Below are positions 33,603 to 44,186 of a stretch of 64,000 bases of DNA, in pieces. The first letter of the stretch is position 1, and each line of letters starts with the position of its first letter. Origin of the DNA: an uncultured Phycisphaerales bacterium (GTDB taxonomy: Bacteria; Planctomycetota; Phycisphaerae; Tepidisphaerales; Tepidisphaeraceae). Position numbers and translations under genes: made by a program. Location: the NCBI GenBank assembly GCA_963755915.1, contig CAVWLP010000003.1, positions 288,001 through 352,000 on the forward strand, given 5' to 3'. The notes beneath the pieces were generated by a model. The model searched no databases. It had not been told where the DNA came from and saw only the letters and a list, made by a program, of their open reading frames with translations.

Positions 33603-34241
33603 ATGCAAGATGAACCCGTGGCGGTTGCGGATTTGCCAAGCCCGGCTGGCAGCGGAAACGATCAAACCGAGCTCGATGAGCGGCAGTGCCGCCAGTGCAT
33701 TGCCGGCGACAACCGGGCCTGCGGGGAGCTTCTCAAACGGTATGAGGCCCGCATCGCACGCCTGATGTGGCGATTTACCCGCAACCGGACCGAGCACGTC
33801 GAACTGGTGCAGGAAACCATGGTGCAGGTTTACACATCCCTCCCGCGATTCCGCTGGGGGAAAGCTCCGCTTGAGCATTGGGTTATGCGGATCGCCACCC
33901 GAACCGGGTATCAGTTCTGGCGTTCCCAGAAACGCCGGCGAAATTTACAGCCCATCGACGAAATCGATCCGCCCGCCCCTGCCGAAGCCGGCCAGATGGA
34001 CGCGACGGCCGCCGCGGCTGCGCTTCACAACCTGCTTGCGGAACTTCCGCGGGCCGACAGGCTCGTCCTCACCCTCATGTATTTCGAGGAGTGTTCGCTG
34101 CGCGAAATCGCCAAACGGGCCGGATGGAACGAAACCATTGTCAAAATGCGCGTCTATCGCGCCCGGCAACGGCTGAAAAAGATGATTGAAGAGAAGAAGA
34201 TGACGGAATTTCTAATGGGAATAAGCCATGGATCCGCTTGA
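33603..34241 (+). CDS. ECF RNA polymerase sigma factor
   Basis: ELVQE..WVMRIA region 2; SLREIA..VKMRVYRAR region 4. Confidence 0.88.
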   Translation: MQDEPVAVADLPSPAGSGNDQTELDERQCRQCIAGDNRACGELLKRYEARIARLMWRFTRNRTEHVELVQETMVQVYTSLPRFRWGKAPLEHWVMRIATRTGYQFWRSQKRRRNLQPIDEIDPPAPAEAGQMDATAAAAALHNLLAELPRADRLVLTLMYFEECSLREIAKRAGWNETIVKMRVYRARQRLKKMIEEKKMTEFLMGISHGSA

Positions 34242-34494
34242 CGCCATCGAATCTCTGGCCCGGCTGGCCCGCTGCGAGGAGCCGCCGGGGACGAATATCA
34301 ACGTGGCCGCGGTGCTGCGCGCCGCCGCCAATGCGGAGCCACCCCTTCGCCTCGCGCCGCTGGCCTGGTCGGCCGCCGTTTCAGCGCTGGCGGCCGGAAT
34401 CATTCTCAGCTTCGCCATCCACACCCGCCAGACCACCTCCAGCATCGATTCCATCTCGCCCCTTTTCAACGCTACACAGGTGCAGTTGCCATGA
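34228..34494 (+). CDS. Putative single-TM anti-sigma factor
   Basis: Small protein overlapping the sigma gene, one TM. Confidence 0.6.
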   Translation: MDPLDAIESLARLARCEEPPGTNINVAAVLRAAANAEPPLRLAPLAWSAAVSALAAGIILSFAIHTRQTTSSIDSISPLFNATQVQLP

Positions 34495-35111
34495 CCCAAA
34501 GCAACCCTCCCATCGAACAAATTCTCCCACCGAAGCGCGGCCGCTTCCGCGTCTTGAAGGCGTTGGCCCTCTCCGCGGTCATCTTCCTGGCGGGCGGCGC
34601 CGCGGGGTATGGCGTTTCATGGCTCTGGCATCCACCATTCCCCCCCCCGCCGATGGGGCGGTTTGATCCAGACCCTCCGGTGGGAAGCCTGGTTGATCGT
34701 CTGCGCATCGAGCTCTCGCTCAGCGACGATCAGGCGAAGCACGTCCGGCAGATTTACCAGGACTGCCGGGATGGACTGATGAAAATCCGGGAACAGGTTC
34801 GCCCGCAGTTCAAAGCGCAGTTCGATAAGCTCGATGCGCAGATGAAGCAGGCGCTGAATGCGGACCAGTACCAGCAGTGGAGCGAGCGTTTCCGCAATAT
34901 CCGGGACCAGATGCTCCCCCCGCCCCGCGGCGGTCCAGGAGGCCCCGGCGGTCCAGGCCCGTGGGGTGGACCAGGCGGCCCCGGTGGATTCGGCCCGCAC
35001 GGTCCCCCGCCCGGCGAGGGCGGCCAAGGACAAGGAGGACCGCCCGATAATGGGCCGCCCGGCGGACCGCCGGGAGGACCACAGGGCATGCCGCCTCCTG
35101 GCGGTGGATGA
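34491..35111 (+). CDS. Spy/CpxP-like periplasmic protein with Gly/Pro-rich tail
   Basis: TM, LSLSDDQ and LNADQ (LTxxQ-like) motifs, GPGG repeats; ATGA overlap with the upstream gene. Confidence 0.7.
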   Translation: MTQSNPPIEQILPPKRGRFRVLKALALSAVIFLAGGAAGYGVSWLWHPPFPPPPMGRFDPDPPVGSLVDRLRIELSLSDDQAKHVRQIYQDCRDGLMKIREQVRPQFKAQFDKLDAQMKQALNADQYQQWSERFRNIRDQMLPPPRGGPGGPGGPGPWGGPGGPGGFGPHGPPPGEGGQGQGGPPDNGPPGGPPGGPQGMPPPGGG

Positions 35112-35201
35112 GCCGCATCACCTGCGCTGCAATCTATTCGTCAAACCAAAGGAAAACCGTCAGTGCGAAAACGGATCGGAATTCCCCCCTAGGCGTGACG
35201 T

Positions 35202-35360
35202 TTACATCGAGCTGTTCAGCGAGTTCCAGGAGGCCAGCACCTTACCGCCGACCGACCCGATGGTGGCAATCGCCGCCACCACGATCAGCCCTGCGATCAG
35301 GGCGTATTCCAGAACTTCACCGCCCGATTCATCGCGAAGAAAAGAAAAAATGGTTTTCAT
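35202..35360 (-). CDS. Flp-family type IVb pilin (52 aa, not in ORF track)
   Basis: MKTIFSFLRDESG-GEVLEYALIAGLIVVAAIATIGSVGGKVLASWNSLNSSM: Flp G/xxxxEY motif and hydrophobic helix. Confidence 0.85.
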   Translation of the reverse strand: MKTIFSFLRDESGGEVLEYALIAGLIVVAAIATIGSVGGKVLASWNSLNSSM

Positions 35361-35566
35361 AGCCGCTCAATCGACCGCCCCCATCTTAAGCTTGAAATCA
35401 GAAAATTTCCTTGGTTTTGGCTCGTGTCCACGATCGTAATTAGTGCGGTGCCTCATTGTCGCCATTACTGTTTGATCGTAGCAATCTTGGACGCCACGCC
35501 CCGCGTTTTCACCTTTAACATCATTTCATTCCCGAATTTGCGTCATTGAAAGATGGGGAATATACA

Positions 35567-36648
35567 ATGGCTCTAATGATTAGACCCAGCCAACCAACGC
35601 GTTTCCTTGTGATGAATCGACTTGCATGGATGGCAATTTTAATCCTACTTATGAAGATTAAGACGACCTACGCCGCCGGCGCAGACATCGCCGGCTTCCA
35701 CGCCGATTTCATCGTCGCCCCCGACGGCTCGGGCGATTTCAAGACCGTGCAGGAAGCCGTCAGCGCCGTCCCCTCCGATAACTCTGCCCCAAAGATCATC
35801 TTCATCAAACCTGGAACCTATCACGAGAAGCTTCACATCACCTCCCCGATGATCCACCTCCTCGCCCAGGACCCCGAAAAAACCATCCTCACCTTTGACG
35901 ATTTTGCCCGCAAACCAAACGCCGCCGGCAAGAATATGGGAACCTCCGGGTCCGCCAGCGTCACCATCCGCGCCCCCGGGTTCAACGCCGAAAACATCAC
36001 CTTCGAAAACAGCGCCGCGCCGCGCTCCGTGGTAGGGCAGGCCGTCGCCATCCTCATCTATTCCGACCGCGCCGTCTTCCGCAACTGCCGATTTCTGGGA
36101 AACCAGGACACCCTCTACGCCAACGCCGGCCGCGAATATTTCTACCACTGCTTCATCCGCGGCGACGTCGATTTCATCTTCGGCAACGCTGCCGCCGTCT
36201 TCGACCAATGTGAAATCCAGAGCACCGGCCTCGGTTTCCTCACCGCCCAGTCCCGCACCAGCGACAAGCAAACGACCGGCTACGTGCTCACCGATTGCAA
36301 GCTCACCGCCGTCCCGACTGTCCCCGATGGATCGATTTACCTCGGCCGCCCCTGGCGACCCTATTCCCGCGTCGTCTACCTCCACTGCGAATTGGGCACG
36401 CAGATCAACCCCCGCGGCTGGTCGAAATGGAACCCCACCGACACCGACGCCGACATCAAAGCCTATTACGCCGAATACGCCAACACCGGCCCGGGGCAGC
36501 CACCGACAAACGCGTAAGCTGGTCGCACCAGCTTACGGAGGCCGAGGCCCAGCAATTCTCGAAGGAGAATTTCCTCAAAGGGGACGACAACTGGGCGCCG
36601 TGGAAAGATAACGCAGCCGCAACCCAGCCGGCCGCGACTCAGCCCTGA
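35567..36648 (+). CDS. Pectin methylesterase (CE8), frameshift near 36500
   Basis: DGSGDFKTVQEA, QAVA, QDTL, DFIFG, LGRPW; C-terminus RVSWSHQL lies in another frame. Confidence 0.92.
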
Positions 36649-36680
36649 ATGATGTTTTGTGTTTCTGGGCTGCGGGAACG

Positions 36681-36704
36681 CGCCCGCAAGCGGGGCCGCT
36701 AAAC
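36681..36704. repeat. REP-like hairpin between convergent genes
   Basis: CCCGC-AA-GCGGG followed by GCCGCTAAAC; same layout as the 28671 hairpin. Confidence 0.4.
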
Positions 36705-36741
36705 TTGGCGATCGAGGCCTGGTCCGGACATCCGCAACACT

Positions 36742-37341
36742 TTAGACGATTTTGCAGGCCTCATCGAAATCGAGCCGCGGAAAGCGCGGTCGCAGCTTGC
36801 TGTGATCGCCATACCCGATGTTCATGATGAAATTCGATCTGTGCCGTCCATCCGGGAAAAATTCCGCATCGAGCTTGGCATTATCGAACCCGGACATCGG
36901 GCCGCAATCCAGTCCCAGGGCCCGCGCGGCGATGATGAAATACCCCGCCTGAAGCGTCGCATTGCGAAACGCATGGATCCTGGCTCGCTCCGCCGCCTCG
37001 GGCTTGGAAAACATCGCCCCAAACTGCGGGGCGACCGGAAAGAGCTTCGGCACGTGCTCATAAAACTTCTGATCATCGGCGAAGATCGCCGTCACCGGGG
37101 CGGCCATGGTCTTTTCGACGTTCCCCTCCGCAAGCGCCGGCTTGAGCCGCTCCTTGCCCTCTTTCGATTTCACAAAGACGATTCGGAGCGGCATGGTGTT
37201 CGCCGAGGTCGGGCCCATCTTGGCCACGTCATAAGCTTCGCGCAGGAGGCTGTCGTCAACCGGCTTATCCAGCCACGCCACGTGCGTCCGTGCATGGCGA
37301 AAAATCACATCCAGGCACTGCTCTGCAATTCTGCTTGCCAT
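36742..37341 (-). CDS. RutE-like nitroreductase (malonic semialdehyde reductase family)
   Basis: ART, GPTSAN, RNATLQAGY, GLDCGPMSGFD, PRLDFDEAC. Confidence 0.88.
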   Translation of the reverse strand: MASRIAEQCLDVIFRHARTHVAWLDKPVDDSLLREAYDVAKMGPTSANTMPLRIVFVKSKEGKERLKPALAEGNVEKTMAAPVTAIFADDQKFYEHVPKLFPVAPQFGAMFSKPEAAERARIHAFRNATLQAGYFIIAARALGLDCGPMSGFDNAKLDAEFFPDGRHRSNFIMNIGYGDHSKLRPRFPRLDFDEACKIV

Positions 37342-37406
37342 CGATTTTCCTTCCTTCTGGTTGATTGGTTGGACGATAGGCGCAAAGCAATCCAACTTCA
37401 AATACG

Positions 37407-39632
37407 ATGTCGATCAGCTTGAAGCATTCGTTGACGTACCTGTGGCTCTGGATCGCACTGGCAACATTAACAACCCCCCATTGCGCCGTCGCAAAACTAT
37501 TAAACGGCCGCTACGAAATCGGTAGCGGAAACTGGGCTATCAGTTGCAAGTGGCCCGGCTCCGACAAACCCACCCAAGGCTCCGACTCAATCGGAAAATT
37601 CAGCGAAATCAGTCTCAGCACCACCCTGTCCGGCACCCCCGTCCTCGAGCGCATCCGCACCTACGCCGACCGCGCCCTCGCCCTCTTCTCCCTCACCTAT
37701 GAATCCCCCGCCCCCCAACCCGTCGGCCCCTTCCCCGTTTTTGATCGTCTGCCCCGCAATTTCCACGTCATGAGCTACGCGCAAAGACCGCACGCCCCGA
37801 TCGCCTTCGACGGCGAACCGAGCGGCAGCCCCTGGGCGCTCTTCAACGACAACGCCGATACCTTCATCATCTCCCCCGCCTCCCACTTCTTCATCCAAAC
37901 CATTTCCGGAGATTCCCAGCCGGAAATCCGCGGCGAGCTTCGCGAGACCGTCGCCAACATCCCCGCCGGCTTCACCCAGCAAACCCTCGTCGCCTGGGGC
38001 CCCGGCATCAACCGCACCTGGGACGCCTTCGGCCACGGCCTCACCGACCTGCTCGGCAAAATCCGCCCGGCCAACGACAGCGACATCGCCCTCCACTATC
38101 TCGGCTACTGGACCAACACCGGCACCTGGTATTACTACAATTACGATAAATCCCTCGGCTACGCCGGTACGCTCTTATCTATCGCCGACCATTACCGCAA
38201 GGAAAACATCCCTCTCGGCTACATGCAGCTCGATAGCTGGTGGTACCCCAAAAGCTTCACCAAGCAGGACGGCACGGTCCTGGCGGACAAAAATCCCAGT
38301 TTACCCGCCGGCCCCTGGAACCGCAGCGGCGGGCTGCTCGAATACCGCGCCGACCCTGCCGTCTTCCCCGAAGGACTCCCCGCCTTTCAGAAAAAACTTG
38401 GCCTGCCGATCCTCACCCACAACCGTTGGATCGACCCCACCAGCCCCTACCAGCACAAATATAAAATCACCGGCTACGCCGCCCTCGACGCCCGCTATTG
38501 GCAGGAGGTGATCGGCTACGTCCACTCGGCCGGCGGCTTCGGATACGAACAAGATTGGCTCAGCGAAATTTTTGTCCGCTCCCCCGCCCTCTTCCGCACC
38601 GTCGACGCCGGCAGCGAATTCACAGACGCCATGGCCACCGCCGCCGCCGACAATGGGATGACGCTGCAATATTGCATGCCGATCCCCTGCTACTTCCTGC
38701 AAGCCGCCTCCTACCCCAACGTCACCACCATCCGCACCAGCCAGGACCGCCTTCTTCGCGACCGCTGGCACGACTTTCTTTACGGCTCGCGCCTGGCCTA
38801 CTCCGTCGGCGTCTGGCCCTGGACCGATTGCTGCATGAGCACCGAACCCGCCAACCTCCTCCTCGCCGATCTCTCCGCCGGCCCCATCGGCATCGGCGAT
38901 CAGATCGGAACCGAAAACAAGCAGAACATTTTCCAGGCCATCCGATCCGACGGGGTCATCATCAAACCCGATGCCCCGCTTCTCCCTCTCGATTCCACCA
39001 TTATCGCCGAATCCCGCGGCGAAGCCCGCCCCCTCATCGCCGAAACTTATAGCGATCACGAAGGGCTCCGCACGCATTACCTTCTCGCCTACCGCGTCCC
39101 GTTATCGATGGGCCGGGGCCACCTCGACTCTCCCGAGGATCTGCGCCAGCGGGAACGCCTCGACGCCGACGAAAACTCCCCCGTCCGAACCGTTACGATC
39201 TCTATGAAAGAAATCGGGGTAACCGCCCCCGCATATATCTACGACTACTTCGCCAAATCGATTCATCGCCCCGATTCGGGCGGCCGATTCACCGCCCCCT
39301 TGCACCGCGACGGCTTCAACTACTACGTCATCGCCGAGCCCGGCCCCAGCGGCATCGCCCTCTTCGGCGACGAAGACAAATTCATCTCCAGCGGGCGGCA
39401 ACGCATCGCCTCCATCACCGAAACCGCAAAATCGCTTTCCGTGGTGGTCATTTTCGCCCCCGGCGAACAATCCATCCGCCTGCACGGCTGCTCCCCCACC
39501 CCGATCACCGCGGGCGGGAACCTCAAGGTCTCTTACGACTCCGCCTCCGAACATTTCACGGCTGAGGTGCCCCGAAACCAGCAAGCCTCAAAAGACGCGG
39601 TAACCACCGTCGAAGTCACCCTCCAGCGATAA
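37407..39632 (+). CDS. Secreted putative glycoside hydrolase, clan GH-D-like TIM barrel
   Basis: Signal peptide; YMQLDSWW, YEQDW, RTSQD, LSAGPIGIGD, DGVIIKPD recall GH36/GH27-type motifs. Confidence 0.6.
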   Translation: MSISLKHSLTYLWLWIALATLTTPHCAVAKLLNGRYEIGSGNWAISCKWPGSDKPTQGSDSIGKFSEISLSTTLSGTPVLERIRTYADRALALFSLTYESPAPQPVGPFPVFDRLPRNFHVMSYAQRPHAPIAFDGEPSGSPWALFNDNADTFIISPASHFFIQTISGDSQPEIRGELRETVANIPAGFTQQTLVAWGPGINRTWDAFGHGLTDLLGKIRPANDSDIALHYLGYWTNTGTWYYYNYDKSLGYAGTLLSIADHYRKENIPLGYMQLDSWWYPKSFTKQDGTVLADKNPSLPAGPWNRSGGLLEYRADPAVFPEGLPAFQKKLGLPILTHNRWIDPTSPYQHKYKITGYAALDARYWQEVIGYVHSAGGFGYEQDWLSEIFVRSPALFRTVDAGSEFTDAMATAAADNGMTLQYCMPIPCYFLQAASYPNVTTIRTSQDRLLRDRWHDFLYGSRLAYSVGVWPWTDCCMSTEPANLLLADLSAGPIGIGDQIGTENKQNIFQAIRSDGVIIKPDAPLLPLDSTIIAESRGEARPLIAETYSDHEGLRTHYLLAYRVPLSMGRGHLDSPEDLRQRERLDADENSPVRTVTISMKEIGVTAPAYIYDYFAKSIHRPDSGGRFTAPLHRDGFNYYVIAEPGPSGIALFGDEDKFISSGRQRIASITETAKSLSVVVIFAPGEQSIRLHGCSPTPITAGGNLKVSYDSASEHFTAEVPRNQQASKDAVTTVEVTLQR

Positions 39633-39688
39633 AAAATGGTCAAATTTTGCATTCAACCACCGTTGTCTATAATCGCCGCACGAGTTTC

Positions 39689-40777
39689 ATGAACACCCAA
39701 CCGGAACTTGAGTTAAGCGCCCGAGCAACCCCCGCGCGTTCTCGTCGTGGCCTGCCCCGACTCCAGGAACTCGGACTCGTCATCGTGATTCTCATCATGG
39801 GCTTGGGCCTCAGCATCTGGGGATACACGCAGGCCGCCCCCGGCGAGCAAAATCTCTTTCTCAATCCCGGCAACCTACTCGATGAGATTGCCACCCCCGC
39901 CTCCTACTACGCCATCATGGCCGTGGGCATGACGCTGGTCATCATCTCCGGGGGCATCGACATCTCCGTCGGCTCGACCATGGCCCTGTCGGCCTTCACC
40001 ACCGCGCGGATCATCCAGTATTTCCCGAGCAATGCCCCGGCCTGGCAGGTTCTGCCCGCCGCGATGTTCCTGCCGATGGGCGTGGGCCTGCTTTGCGGAC
40101 TGCTCAACGGAATCCTGATTGTCGGCCTCAACATCCACCCCTTCATCGTCACGCTGGGCACGATGAGCATCCTGCGCGGCATTACCGTCGTCACGACGAA
40201 GCTGCAGGAAATCCCTATGCAGGATCACCAGATCCCCGCCGCCTTCACGGATCATTTCATGCGGCTGGAAATCATGGGCCAGCGCCCGATGCCGATGGTC
40301 GTCATGCTGGTCGTCACGGCCATCGCCGGTTTTTATCTATCGCAAACCGCCGGTGGGCGGGAAATTTACGCCGTTGGCGGTAACGAAGAAGCGGCGCGGT
40401 TCAGCGGGCTGCGGACGAACCTCATCAAGCTGCGCGTCTACGCCGTCGCCGGACTTACCGCGGGAATCGCCGGGATGGTGTGGCTGGGACGCTTTGGCGC
40501 TACTTCCACCGGCTCGGGAACCGGATATGAGCTGACGGTGATCGCGGCCGCCGTCGTTGGCGGCGCCAGCCTTACCGGGGGCAAGGGGACGGCGCTGGGC
40601 GCGCTCCTTGGAACCATCATCATCGCCATGATTCAGGACGGAATTATCACCCTGCATTGGAAAACGGAATATCAGCTCATCATCGTGGGCAGCGCGATCA
40701 TCGTCGCGGTCGCCATCGATTCGATCAGCGAATATTTCCGGCAACGCCGACTGGCAGGGGCGAAATTATCCATCTGA
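39689..40777 (+). CDS. Monosaccharide ABC transporter permease (RbsC-like)
   Basis: GGIDISVGS, PFIVTLG, GGNEEAARFSG, YELTVIAAAVVGGASL. Confidence 0.93.
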   Translation: MNTQPELELSARATPARSRRGLPRLQELGLVIVILIMGLGLSIWGYTQAAPGEQNLFLNPGNLLDEIATPASYYAIMAVGMTLVIISGGIDISVGSTMALSAFTTARIIQYFPSNAPAWQVLPAAMFLPMGVGLLCGLLNGILIVGLNIHPFIVTLGTMSILRGITVVTTKLQEIPMQDHQIPAAFTDHFMRLEIMGQRPMPMVVMLVVTAIAGFYLSQTAGGREIYAVGGNEEAARFSGLRTNLIKLRVYAVAGLTAGIAGMVWLGRFGATSTGSGTGYELTVIAAAVVGGASLTGGKGTALGALLGTIIIAMIQDGIITLHWKTEYQLIIVGSAIIVAVAIDSISEYFRQRRLAGAKLSI

Positions 40778-40803
40778 CCAACCACCAACTGCGGAGGAAC
40801 TCC

Positions 40804-41899
40804 ATGCGCACGCTCACCAGAATTTTTCTCGCTCTCACCGCCGGCTGCCTCATCGCCGCCGCCGGCTGTTCCAAGGCCGCCGCGCCCACACCCACCGGCG
40901 ACCGCCGCCCCCACGCGAACGATTCGCATCGGCATGATCGCCAAAAGCGAATCCAACGACGTCTTCCAGGCCGCCCACACTGGAGCGGTCGATGCCGCAC
41001 AGGAGCTGAGCGCGAAGGACGGCATTGATGTGGAGATCGAATGGCGCACGCCTCCGAACGAAGATCCCGCCGCTCAGGCGGACGCCATCGCTTCGCTCAC
41101 CAATGAAAAGGTTGACGCCATCCTCGTCTCCTGCTCGGCGGCGCAAATGCTCACGCCGGCGATCAATGACGCGATCGACAAAGGCGTTCTCGTCGCTTGC
41201 TTCGATTCCGATGCACCGCAGAGCAAGCGCTTCTGCGACTACGGCACCGACGATGCGCAGCTCGGCCACCTGCTCATGTCGGAGCTCGCCCGGTACATGG
41301 GCGAAAAAGGGACCATCGCCATCCTCGGCGGAAATCAGACGGGGCCCAATCTGCAGAAGCGCATCAAAGCCGTCCGCGATGAACTGGCGAACTACCCCAA
41401 CATGCACGAGCTGAACAACGGCAACGGCGTCTTCTACCACCAGGAGGAACCCGGCGCTGCCGCCCAGGCCATCAGCCAGGCCATGGCCGCCAACCCGGGC
41501 AAGATCGACGGCTGGGTCTTCGTCGGTGGCTGGCCGCTCTTCACGGAAAACGCCCTCACCTGGCCAGTGCCGGGCTCGATCAAGGTCGTCTCCTGCGATG
41601 CACTGCCCAAGTGCCTCACCTATCTCCGCAACGGGTACGTCAACGAACTGATTTCGCAGGACTGCTACGGGTGGGGGCACCGCACCGTTGAAATCGTGGT
41701 GGACAAGATCCTCAACGGCAAAGACCCGGACGGAATGGATCCGACCACCCACACCATCGCCAATCCGCTTACGCTGGTAACGAAGGATCCGCCTGATCCG
41801 AGCCTGGCCGTCCCGGCTAACACGAAGCGCATGGCCGTGGATGATTTCGCCGGGTATTGGAACCAGTGGTTGAAGACGACCGCGACGACGCAGCCATAG
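40804..41899 (+). CDS. Sugar ABC substrate-binding lipoprotein (frameshift near 40900)
   Basis: GGAGG RBS, lipobox AAGC, periplasmic-binding-protein motifs (FDSDAP, YGTDD). Confidence 0.85.
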
Positions 41900-41929
41900 T
41901 CGAATAGGGCAACATTCAGCAGAATAAGC

Positions 41930-43956
41930 CTAATTTCGGCGTCGGCGCAGTAATGCGCCTACCGTCGTAGATATAAGAATCATTGCGGCGGCTGGTTCCG
42001 GCACATCCGCCAGCAAACCATTGGCCGCGGCGAAGGCATCGAGGGCGGCGACATCGCCGGCGGAGACCGTGGCTGCGCCGCTGTCGCCCTGGCCGAAGTT
42101 GGCGGCGAGGGCGGCAAAGTCGGAGCCGTTGACGGAACTTTCGTAGAGGAAGTTGCCCTGGTCCCAGTTGGTGGCGCCGGTGCCGAAGTTGGTGGCGAGG
42201 ATGCTGAAATCACTTCCGTTGACGGTGCCGTCGAGATTGGCGTCGCCAAGGAGCGTGTATTTCACTTCGATCTGGCCGGAGCTCAGGCCGGCGACGACTC
42301 CATCGGCGCCGTCTGCATATCCCACGCCGTAACGCAGGCCGTTGGTCAGCGTCGCAGCCGCGGAAGAGATGATACCGTCGCCGGTGTTAGCACCGGATTT
42401 GATGTAGCCTGCGATGGTGTTGATCGGATCGCTGGAGCCGTAGGTGAGGATAAAATGGTTGTTGCCGATGTCGAAGGTGCCTGTGCCACTGATGGACAAC
42501 GAGGTTAGTTGGGCGAGGCCCGTGCTGGATCCGAGTTGGAGAATTCCGCCGGTGATGTTGACGCTTCCATCGGGGAGCGCGCGGCCGCGCCGATGATGAG
42601 CTTGCCGGCGCTGACGGTTGTGCCGCCGGTGTAGGTGTCGATGGTCGAGAGGGTGACGGTGGCGCTGCCGGATTTGGAGAGGGAGCCGGAGCCGGCGATG
42701 GTTCCGGTGCCGGAAATGGTGTAGTTGTTCGCGCTGTTGTTGAAGGTGATCCCGCCGGGGTTGACGGTGGTGCTCAGGGTGACGTTGTAGTGGCCGTTGT
42801 TTACGTCGCCGAAGCTGACGCTGTCGCCGTCGAAATAGTTGGCGTTTCCTACCGTATCCTGCCAGTTCATATTTCCTGAGACGTCCCAGGTTGCGCCGTC
42901 GCCGAGGCCGCCGGTGTTGTTCCAGTTGACGGTTTCCAGCGCCGGCGCCGTAACGGTGGGCCAGCCCTGGTTGGTCCAGTAGAGCGAACGGAGGGCGTAG
43001 GTTGGTGCGCCGTTGTTGTTGGCGTCTAAGTAGTGGTAGCTCATCCAGTCGGCGTTTCCCTGGGGCAAGATGCCGATCTGGCCTGGGGCGACGTAATTGC
43101 CTTCGGTGCCGAGGAGAAGCGATCCGCCGCCGTTGGTCATGGCCACGCCGTTTTCGTCGTAATAGGTGCCATTCACGGAGGTGCTGCGGCCCATGCGGAT
43201 GTTGTAGGTGCTGCTGAGACCGTCGCAGCAGGTTCCCCAGTTCACGAAGAGATAATAGTAATTTCCCTGGTGATAGAGGTAGGAGGCTTCGATCGAGGAG
43301 TTGTAGGCGATCTGCTCGACGGTGGAGTTCAACGGCTTGCCCGTGGACGGATTTATTTGCGTGAGGTAGATGCCGTTCCAAAATGAACCGAACGACATCC
43401 AGACCGAGCCGTTGGACTGGACCAGGATGCTGGGGTCGATGGTGTTATAGGCACTGCCATTTGTTGAGCCGATGACCTCACCCTGATCGACCCAATCATA
43501 GGTGCCGAAATCGAGGGTATTGAGGGTCGTGTTGGTCGCCATTCCAATGGCGGAAACCTGGCTGCCGAAGGTGGAGACGGCGTAGTAAAGGTGATAGAGG
43601 CCGTCGAAATAGGCGACGTCGGGAGCCCAGAAATCGCCGGTAAATCCGGGGACGGCGGTGGATGTCCAGGCGGGAATGGTGGAGTTGGTGAAGACGGATG
43701 GTCCGTTCTGCCAGGTTTCCATGTTGTAGGAGACGCGGGAGAGGATGTCCTGGCCGGTGCTGAAGTAGAGGTATTCGGTGCCGGTTGGGGTGGAGACCGC
43801 CTGGAGGGTGGAGGGGTCGTGAGCGCTGGTGACGCCGTAGGCGGGTAGGATTTGGGCGAGGGAGGGGTGGGAAAAAAGCGGGCTGACGAGAATCGCTCCA
43901 AAGCCACTTATCCCCAGGCGTTTGGAAAGCTTCCGGCGTGCGGATGGATCACTCAT
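41930..43956 (-). CDS. GH43 endo-arabinanase-like enzyme with autotransporter-associated beta repeats, dockerin-like module and PEP-CTERM (frameshift near 42580)
   Basis: AHDPS, FWAPDV, IDPS, SFGSFWNGI, IEAS, WGTCC; tail GDANLDG..VPEP-TM-RRRRN. Confidence 0.88.
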
Positions 43957-44186
43957 AAGCTCCTCGACGCCACAACCCGTCGTTCCGCGTATCCGGTGAG
44001 AATTTAACCACGCATTTTTAGTAGTTCAAGACTATTGCTTGCAAATCGAAATTAATCGAGCGGCTTTCCAATCCTCGTGCTATAGAAACGACGCTTGCCC
44101 GCGAAGTCATCTGAGCGGGGTGTTTCGGTTCGGCTTAGATTTGAGCCGCTTGCCCAATGCCGGCCGCCTTCCGGCGTTGATCCTTA

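Noticed and set aside
34915-35108. Gly/Pro-rich GPGG repeats as a collagen-like or DNA repeat element
   Set aside because: Irregular low-complexity protein tail, common on Spy/CpxP-like proteins
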